Virus record (IMG/VR): IMGVR_UViG_3300028886_000058
Coordinates: 60,602 to 124,601 of that record
Reading direction: 5' to 3' (one strand)
Length of the DNA stretch: 64,000 bases
DNA from: a virus
Lineage: Duplodnaviria > Caudoviricetes
The notes under the pieces were generated by a model, which did not search any database, had not been told where the DNA came from, and saw only the letters and a list, made by a program, of their open reading frames with translations. A program made the translations under genes and the position numbers. This document shows positions 57,305 to 64,000 of this stretch, piece by piece (positions within the stretch are counted from its first letter, which is position 1; each line of letters opens with the position of its first letter).

Positions 57305-57595
57305 ATGGACAGGGAAAAGGTAATTAAAGGACTTGAAATTTGCACAAGCCCAGGAACAAAGGGATGTGTGTATGATATGTATGAATCAGCAATTGAATGT
57401 CCATATGCCCATCATGGGTGCAGAGTGCAAATGGAAAACGACGCTCTTGCTCTGTTGAAAGAGCAAGGAAAAACAGGACATTGGATATACAAAAAATATG
57501 ATGATATGTTCATGTGTTCATGTTGCAAGAAGTATAGCATTCGTAATAACTATCCGTATTGTCATTGGTGCGGCGCAAAGATGAAAGGTCGGTGA
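57305..57595 (+). CDS. Zn-ribbon family Z2 protein
   Basis: DREKVIKGLEIC...LLKEQ...CSCC...YCHWCGAKM. Confidence 0.65.
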   Translation: MDREKVIKGLEICTSPGTKGCVYDMYESAIECPYAHHGCRVQMENDALALLKEQGKTGHWIYKKYDDMFMCSCCKKYSIRNNYPYCHWCGAKMKGR

Positions 57596-57600
57596 AGTAA

Positions 57601-57882
57601 TTGGACAGAAAGAACGTTATGAAAGGGCTTGAATGTTGTTCTGATGTTGGTGGGAAACATTGTTATGAAGGTAAATGTCCGTATGCTTCAATGTCTGGAC
57701 CGTGCAGAGAACAACTTGCACAGGATGCCCTTGAACTGTTAAAAGAGCAGGAAGCAGTTGAACCTATCCCGCCAACAGACGAATCAGAAATGTGGAGATG
57801 CGGAAACTGTCATCATCAAATCTTTAGATGTAGACATCAACGGTTCTGTGAGAAGTGTGGAAGACAGGTGAAATGGGAATGA
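57601..57882 (+). CDS. Zn-ribbon family Z2 protein
   Basis: DRKNVMKGLECC...LLKEQ...CGNC...FCEKCGRQVKW. Confidence 0.65.
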   Translation: MDRKNVMKGLECCSDVGGKHCYEGKCPYASMSGPCREQLAQDALELLKEQEAVEPIPPTDESEMWRCGNCHHQIFRCRHQRFCEKCGRQVKWE

Positions 57883-58121
57883 ATCCGTGGAGATTAAGAC
57901 CGATAACGGATAAGCAAAAAAATATATTGACGAAATGCAGAACTATAGCCCATATCCGTTGCCAAAGTTTGAAGGGCAAACAAGAGGAGAAGCTGCTGAT
58001 TACATCGACAAATATGGAAAGCTTGCACACGAAAACGAATGGGCAATTGAACATGGATATAATTGATAGAAGGTCAGTGAAATTGGCGTTAGGTTATCAG
58101 ATAGGAAGAGGAAGGTAATAA

Positions 58122-58433
58122 ATGAAGCACGATATTGAAAAGACCATTAAAGGTCTATATGATATCAGCGGCTGGATTACAGGACGACTAGGTTATGAGC
58201 AGGCAAAGAACTTTCTAAAGACAATTGATAATGCCGTTGAATTGCTAAAAGATCAGATTGTTTCCGATGAAATTCACGAAACAGCAAAACAGTTTCGCAG
58301 AACAATTATCCTGTGTAAAGATTGTATGCATCGTGATCCGGAAGATAACAAATGTGATTGCGGGCATGATATCCAATGGCAATTGCCACGAAAGGACGAT
58401 TGGTTCTGCGCCGATGGAAAACACAGAGATTAA
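58122..58433 (+). CDS. Zn-ribbon family Z1 protein
   Basis: LLKDQ...LCKDC...DWFCADGKH. Confidence 0.65.
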   Translation: MKHDIEKTIKGLYDISGWITGRLGYEQAKNFLKTIDNAVELLKDQIVSDEIHETAKQFRRTIILCKDCMHRDPEDNKCDCGHDIQWQLPRKDDWFCADGKHRD

Positions 58434-58875
58434 AGTGCAACAATAACTTTAGGAGTAAAAAACGATGGACGAGAAAAAAGCCAGTTTGCTGACAAATCCA
58501 TATGGAGAGACAAAAAGCGAGTTTATTGAAAAGTATAAGAGCATTGAAAACATTGCCGAAATTTGCTGGTACTTTGGAGTAAGGCCGGAGAAATTACAGG
58601 ATGAACTGAAGATATTACTTAAAGACAGCGTAAATGAAATGAATAAATAAAACGCTAATGGGGTGATGAAATGGCAGACACAATAACTGTAATGTCATGG
58701 CTTGAAGGTTTGGCACAGGACGATTGGAGGATGTTCCACTCTGACAGCGAGGTGCAAGAGATCGCACGGTCTGCCATTAAACTGCTGAAAGAGCAGACAG
58801 ACGAGATTAAAGAACTGCGGTCAATAGTTGAGTTTTGGAAAGAGAAAGCATTACGCACTTAAAGGAGAAAACAAA

Positions 58876-59355
58876 ATGATTAAAGTAAAACAGCATACTG
58901 AAGGGGACAGTAGAGTATCAAAAACAATACCAACTTTTCGTGATTTTCATACGGCAAATGTTGACCATATTGATGATGTTAAGCATCTATCAGTGTTTTT
59001 TGCCGAAGAGTTGAAAAGAAGAATACTAAGTCATGATTGGACAAAAATAACGGAACCTTACGAAAGTATGTTTTATCGTGATTTATGTGCTGTGCTTGAA
59101 GGACGAATGGATTTTTTTGATGGTGAGTGGTCAAATCTTCATTACAACGAATTGGAAAGACATCACCTTAAAAGACATTGCCCGGAAGACGTAGATATGT
59201 TTGATGTAATAGAAATGCTATGCGATTGTGTAGCTGCTGGCATGGCAAGATCAGGGAATGTGTATGATGTTGATATTCCTGCTGAAGTGCTGACTAAAGC
59301 AGTTGGAAACACAGTAAAAGTCTTGGAATCACAGATTGAAGTAATAGAGAAGTAA
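58876..59355 (+). CDS. HD-superfamily phosphohydrolase-like protein (DUF5662-like)
   Basis: HIDDV...SHDWTK...HY...RHH...EMLCD motifs. Confidence 0.65.
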   Translation: MIKVKQHTEGDSRVSKTIPTFRDFHTANVDHIDDVKHLSVFFAEELKRRILSHDWTKITEPYESMFYRDLCAVLEGRMDFFDGEWSNLHYNELERHHLKRHCPEDVDMFDVIEMLCDCVAAGMARSGNVYDVDIPAEVLTKAVGNTVKVLESQIEVIEK

Positions 59356-59440
59356 TGCGTTAAAGGCAACAATTTACTGCGTATTTTCTCCATGAAATTG
59401 TGTTTTACACAATTTGAAGATGAAAATAACTACAAATTAT

Positions 59441-59512
<72 letters not shown>

Positions 59513-59976
59513 CTACAGGGGTTCCCGTGCGGTGTGGGAACTTAATGTTGTCCGCTGTTGATGCTTGCGCAGGCTAAATACAGAACCAATCCCTGTTCTC
59601 TTCTTTCTTTTCTCGGCGGACGCGAAAGAAGAATCCATTATGGTTGTATTTGCATGGAGTACAACTGAAAATCTAATCCAGTGCGCAAACACGGTGTGTG
59701 GTTCTCTATGATTGAAACGAGCAATTTATGAGGCCTTACGTAAATTAGTCGCGACAATAGCACTTAATTGGACGTTCGATTCGTTCAGCCGTATAGCTAT
59801 GCTCCGCTTGGCATAGCAGTGATTCGCGTAGCACCTTATCAAGCATAACAGGGTGGTTCCCAACTCCGAAGTTACAGCACGGATTCATAGTAAGTTATAG
59901 TTTTATAGCTAACCATTATATATAATTCTATAACACTAAGAAGCGTTAGTAAGACTGGTTAGTAGGAGTATTATTA

Positions 59977-60047
59977 CGGGATGTGGTGTAGCGGTAGCGC
60001 ACCTGGCTTATATCCAGTAAGTGGGAGTTCGACTCTCTCCATCCCGA
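59977..60047 (+). tRNA. tRNA with TAT anticodon (Ile, reads AUA)
   Basis: CGGGATG/CATCCCG acceptor, CTGG-CTTATAT-CCAG anticodon arm and GGGAG-TTCGACT-CTCTC T arm. Confidence 0.8.
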
Positions 60048-60269
60048 CATCGTTGCTTCGTTCGAATCGAACCGGGACTACTTTCGCCGTCGCAAGCTCC
60101 GGCGATACCGAGAAAACGCGCTATCTTGCGCTACGCATTTTCAACTTTCCGCTTATCCATATTGGGTAAGCTTTATGCGCTTGCGTGTAAGCATTAATAT
60201 CAAGCTCACCACTTGATGGCGTAAAGATCATCATCTAAAGAAAAAATGATTAAGGAGTGTGATTAAAAG

Positions 60270-60878
60270 ATGATCAAGGTGTTTATGACTACTACTGCTG
60301 GACGGAAGAGCGATCTTTTCGATGAGGGAACTACTATTCGTGAGATCTTCGACCATTTCGATGTTGACTATTCTGTTGCGACAAATTGTATCGATGGTAC
60401 CAAGATCGATCCCGCTGGGATGAATAAGACCCTTCGTGAGTGGGGCGTTGACAAGGAATGCCGTCTGTCTTCCATCGTTAAGATTGATAACGCGGCCCAT
60501 GTCGACATTTCTGGCGCTTCTGCTGTTCTTGTTTCCGATGTAAAGCTGGAAGACTGGAAGCGTGTAGAAAAGTTTGCTCCGGAAATTCTTAAAATTGTCG
60601 ACGAAGACGATGATCCTCTGTTCCTGGTGAAAACTTGCTGTGGTGGTGGGTCAATTAATAAGTATGGCGTATGCTTTGGCGCTCATACAAACGAGGGTGG
60701 ACTTGCAACTGTGACTGTTCTTCTGGACGAAGAAGTAGAAGACAAGCTTGAGGCTGTCAAAGAGATTATGGGTTCTGCTCTGCTTGATCTGAACAGCATT
60801 GAAAAGGAAATTCCTGATGTGCTGAAGGAGATTGCAGATAAGGAAGCGGAGATCGAAAAGCTGATTATTGCTAAGTGA
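60270..60878 (+). CDS. Ubiquitin-like (beta-grasp) protein with a C-terminal extension
   Basis: Residues 1-75 show a beta-grasp pattern (IKVFMTT...TTIREIF...IDG...KTLREWGV...RLSSIVKIDNA); context next to E2/JAB/E1. Confidence 0.7.
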   Translation: MIKVFMTTTAGRKSDLFDEGTTIREIFDHFDVDYSVATNCIDGTKIDPAGMNKTLREWGVDKECRLSSIVKIDNAAHVDISGASAVLVSDVKLEDWKRVEKFAPEILKIVDEDDDPLFLVKTCCGGGSINKYGVCFGAHTNEGGLATVTVLLDEEVEDKLEAVKEIMGSALLDLNSIEKEIPDVLKEIADKEAEIEKLIIAK

Positions 60879-60887
60879 TCTCCATAC

Positions 60888-60917
60888 GGGGCTGGGTGAA
60901 ATATCCCAGCCCCTTTT
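60888..60917 (+). terminator. Terminator-like hairpin after the Ubl gene
   Basis: GGGGCTGGG/CCCAGCCCC followed by TTTT. Confidence 0.7.
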
Positions 60918-60944
60918 ATAACAGAAAAGGAGATTGCAAAAGAA

Positions 60945-62390
60945 ATGTTTAGAGAGTATATAAACAATCCAATTGATCCCATCCCTGTAGAATATGTTAA
61001 TAAACTTAAAAGAATTTCAAATGAACCAGACTATTCACTAACTTGTCTTGGTATTGCGCTGTTAAAGCATAGAATTGAAGATTATCAAGGTATCGATGGA
61101 GTATATAATTCTTTTACAACAGAAAGAGACTGTGTAGCAAACTTCATTGAAGACTATAAAGATGTAGATAGTTATCCGCGATTCTGTTATTATGCATATT
61201 CAGTAAAAAGTGATGATAATGAAATTAAAACAAAGTTAACAGAACACGGTTTTGAAATTAAGGAGAGCATTGGGGCTCTTCTTAAAGATAAAGCAGATAC
61301 AAAATGTATTGCCGCATATCATAAAACAATGAATTGCGCTGCAATATTCATTAACTCAAAAGATATTCGGTTTTATCATATGTTGATTTCTTTCCTTTCG
61401 TTGCTGTTTCCAAATCTGTTTGCAGAAAAGCCTTTGGAAGAAAGAGATTATAATATTATCAAAGCCCTATCTAAAACCAGTAAAAATGCATTTACAGATA
61501 AAATTCGTGAAGCAGTAGAACCGTATGCAATGGAATTTAGACGGATGATGCTTTGCAGCTTAATGAAAAGAATGCATGAAGTTAAAATTGTTCGGGCACA
61601 AGGCGATGTAGATAGTCAACGCAATGTTGTTAGAGATCTGTCTAATAGATATGCCCAGGCAATGAAACAATTAAAAGATCTTATTGTTATCTTTGAGGGA
61701 ATGAAAGCTACTGAATCGTATGATCAGGCCGAAGAAGATCTTGTAGAATATCTTGCAACAAATAAGCTGATTCATAATTTGAACATTGATAACAATAAGC
61801 TTACGTTTACTGTAGCAACGTTGCTCAATAATTATAACGAAAATGCATGGAGCACATTCGATGATCGTGGATATATTTACGACGGAAATTACACGAATGA
61901 CGGAAGACACACAATTAATTTGCTTGATGTCTTCAAGAAAAGAGAGAATAGAAAGATTCTTCTTAATAATATTTTCTCTGCTGCTCCTGAATTTGTTGTT
62001 AAAATTGCCGGAAATTATTGTCTAAACTTTGAAGAATGCAGAATTACAACCAATAGAAACTTTGATTATAACCTTGCTGATCCTCTCTATCACTCTTATA
62101 TGCCTAATCCGCATTTAAAGATCTTTGGATGTCTTGGAGGATATGAAACAAGAGTAAACAAGGCACTGCAAGAAAGAAACTATATTGGAGCAATAGAAAT
62201 GTGTTGTGCTTCTGCTGGATCTGTTGACCTTGATGAAACGGAACAGACTTTTAGACCGTTTATTGGATGGCTTATGAGTAGCCGTGAAAAGGTTTTGAAG
62301 CGCAAGGACGGCAATGACATGACTCCAGAAGAAGCATTGCTTTATCTTATCGATAAGGAGAAAACAAATGAGACCGATACGAATGACTAA
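60945..62390 (+). CDS. Large protein with a coiled coil and a C-terminal prokaryotic E2-like domain
   Basis: PNPHLKIFGCLGGY resembles the HP(H/N)...CLG active site of prokaryotic E2 families; located between Ubl and JAB. Confidence 0.6.
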   Translation: MFREYINNPIDPIPVEYVNKLKRISNEPDYSLTCLGIALLKHRIEDYQGIDGVYNSFTTERDCVANFIEDYKDVDSYPRFCYYAYSVKSDDNEIKTKLTEHGFEIKESIGALLKDKADTKCIAAYHKTMNCAAIFINSKDIRFYHMLISFLSLLFPNLFAEKPLEERDYNIIKALSKTSKNAFTDKIREAVEPYAMEFRRMMLCSLMKRMHEVKIVRAQGDVDSQRNVVRDLSNRYAQAMKQLKDLIVIFEGMKATESYDQAEEDLVEYLATNKLIHNLNIDNNKLTFTVATLLNNYNENAWSTFDDRGYIYDGNYTNDGRHTINLLDVFKKRENRKILLNNIFSAAPEFVVKIAGNYCLNFEECRITTNRNFDYNLADPLYHSYMPNPHLKIFGCLGGYETRVNKALQERNYIGAIEMCCASAGSVDLDETEQTFRPFIGWLMSSREKVLKRKDGNDMTPEEALLYLIDKEKTNETDTND

Positions 62391-63141
62391 AGAAGCAGAA
62401 GAAAAAATGCTTAAACTTTTCTTTGAAAAGTTCCAGAAAGAATGGAAAACCTTTAAGGAGAACGTAAACGATAAAAAGTTTACGTTCTCAGTCGACTTTT
62501 CAGAGCCAATAAAAGACAAGATTGAAATTATGTTTACTCCACAGGCGTTCCTTAGGATGCGTGCTCTTGTCGAATATTATGGCACTGAAGTTGGATGGTA
62601 TGGTTTAGTAGAAAAGCTTGATAATATGTTGTATCGAGTATACGACGTTAAGATTTGCAAACAATATGTAAATGGATCTAAAGTTGATACGGAAGATGAA
62701 GATACTCTTGAATTCTTTAATAGTCTGACTAACGAAGAAGCGGAGCATATGCATTTTCAGGCTCATTCGCATGTAAAGATGAGCACAGAAGCATCAGGCG
62801 TAGATCTTCAGAATCAGTTGGATGTTGTTCGTAACATGGGGAAAGAAGGATTTTATATCTTCCAGATTTGGAATAAGAATGAAGATATAAATACTTATTT
62901 GTATGATCTTGATAACAACATGTTTTACGATAAAAAGGATGTTATTATTACAATTGAAGACGAAGATCAGACAATAGCAGACTGGGTAGCAGATACTAAA
63001 AAGTTAGTACAGGAAAAGAAAGTGAAGACGTATTATCCTGCTCAGTACTATGGCAAAGGAAATGAGCCAAAGAAAGATCCTGTATATCTGCAAGATGGAT
63101 ATTGGGATGGCACTAATTATGATCAGAGGTGGGATTGGTGA
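62368..63141 (+). CDS. JAB/MPN metallopeptidase
   Basis: TEVGW glutamate and HSHVKMSTEASGVD (HxH-x7-S-x2-D). Confidence 0.85.
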   Translation: MRPIRMTKEAEEKMLKLFFEKFQKEWKTFKENVNDKKFTFSVDFSEPIKDKIEIMFTPQAFLRMRALVEYYGTEVGWYGLVEKLDNMLYRVYDVKICKQYVNGSKVDTEDEDTLEFFNSLTNEEAEHMHFQAHSHVKMSTEASGVDLQNQLDVVRNMGKEGFYIFQIWNKNEDINTYLYDLDNNMFYDKKDVIITIEDEDQTIADWVADTKKLVQEKKVKTYYPAQYYGKGNEPKKDPVYLQDGYWDGTNYDQRWDW

Positions 63142-63809
63142 ACTTAGCAAAAAGTTCTGAATTTTTTGATCCACAGTCCTGTAAAGAAGCAATTCACGTA
63201 ATAGGATGTGGTTCTGTAGGATCTTGTGTGTGCGAGCTGCTTGCACGATTTGGACTAACAAATGTAAGTTTGTACGATTTTGACACCGTAGAAGAACATA
63301 ATCTTGCTAATCAGAATTTTACAACAGAAGATCTTTATAAACCAAAGCTTGAAGGTGTTTACAGCAGGTGGGTTAAAATCAATCCTGAAGCTACAAAAGA
63401 AATTAAACTGTATCCTGACGGATGGAATGGACAGAAACTTTCCGGATATGTGTTTCTTTGTGTAGATAACATTGATTTACGGAGAAAGATTGTTGAAGAT
63501 AATAAATACAATATGAACATTAAAGCAATGTTCGACTTCAGAACGGCTTTGACGTCTGCTCAGCACTATGCTGCCGACTGGTCTGACGATGATAGTATTA
63601 ATTATCTTCTTGATCAAATGGACTTTTCTCACGAAGAAGCTGAAAAGAACGTCCCAGTAAGTGCTTGCAAAGTATCTCTTTGTGTAATGCCTACTGTTTG
63701 GAGTGTAAGCATGGCTGGAGTAATAAACTTTGTAAACTTTGTTAAAACTGGAACACTGGAGAAAGCAATGATTCTAAAGCCGTTTGATTTTGAAACTTTG
63801 GTTCTTTGA
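63129..63809 (+). CDS. ThiF/E1-like adenylyltransferase
   Basis: IGCGSVGS, DFDTVEEHNLANQ, KPK, CVDNIDLR and a C-terminal SAC cysteine. Confidence 0.92.
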   Translation: MGLVNLAKSSEFFDPQSCKEAIHVIGCGSVGSCVCELLARFGLTNVSLYDFDTVEEHNLANQNFTTEDLYKPKLEGVYSRWVKINPEATKEIKLYPDGWNGQKLSGYVFLCVDNIDLRRKIVEDNKYNMNIKAMFDFRTALTSAQHYAADWSDDDSINYLLDQMDFSHEEAEKNVPVSACKVSLCVMPTVWSVSMAGVINFVNFVKTGTLEKAMILKPFDFETLVL

Positions 63810-64000
63810 CGCGTAAAGTAGTTCAACATCACAAATGTTGATCAATTTATGTCATAAATTGAATAATTTTGCTCGACGAATAGACGACGCCTCCAGAGCC
63901 CTGCAGCTGAGCGGAGAACCGTCGCTGGTTATAACGAAACTCAAATATAACCTAATAATACACATAAATAAAAGAAAATTAAAATTCGAGCGATAATAAA

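Noticed and set aside
59639-59794. tmRNA
   Set aside because: It is only about 155 nt, lacks the GGGG 5' end and G3-U70 context, and has no convincing tag ORF. Kept only as a weak tRNA-like candidate.

Overview
This window is 64 kb of a large tailed phage (siphovirus-type) genome, probably infecting a Firmicute/Clostridia host; that host call is inferred from SD sequences and the SPbeta-like gene content. Positions 1-33.6 kb are a minus-strand virion morphogenesis operon: terminase, portal, metallophosphoesterase, protease/scaffold, capsid, neck, a tail tube gene split by a group I intron carrying a GIY-YIG endonuclease, frameshifted tail chaperones, a 5172-aa tape measure, Dit and Tal. From about 34 kb the + strand carries early/middle genes: a YonO-like single-chain RNA polymerase, RNase H, two SSBs, many small paralogous ORFs, five tRNAs, several tRNA-like RNAs and a Ubl-E2-JAB-E1 cluster. 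The top candidate system is at 50.8-52.7 kb, where a solo RAMP/Cas7-like gene and a partner ORF flank a 600-nt non-coding array of three long G-U-containing hairpins and six tracts of 5-nt units (NNA + variable NN). Read as NN-x-NN-x, the variable dinucleotides give first-two-codon-position patterns of real coding motifs: a helicase Walker A (MATGTGKTY) and a 9/11 match to an ssb gene in this window. This points to an RNA-guided system with a gapped, wobble-skipping code. The second highlight is that the tape measure is fused to an RNA polymerase domain and a PD-(D/E)XK nuclease domain. All calls are by eye from motifs; no database searches were run.
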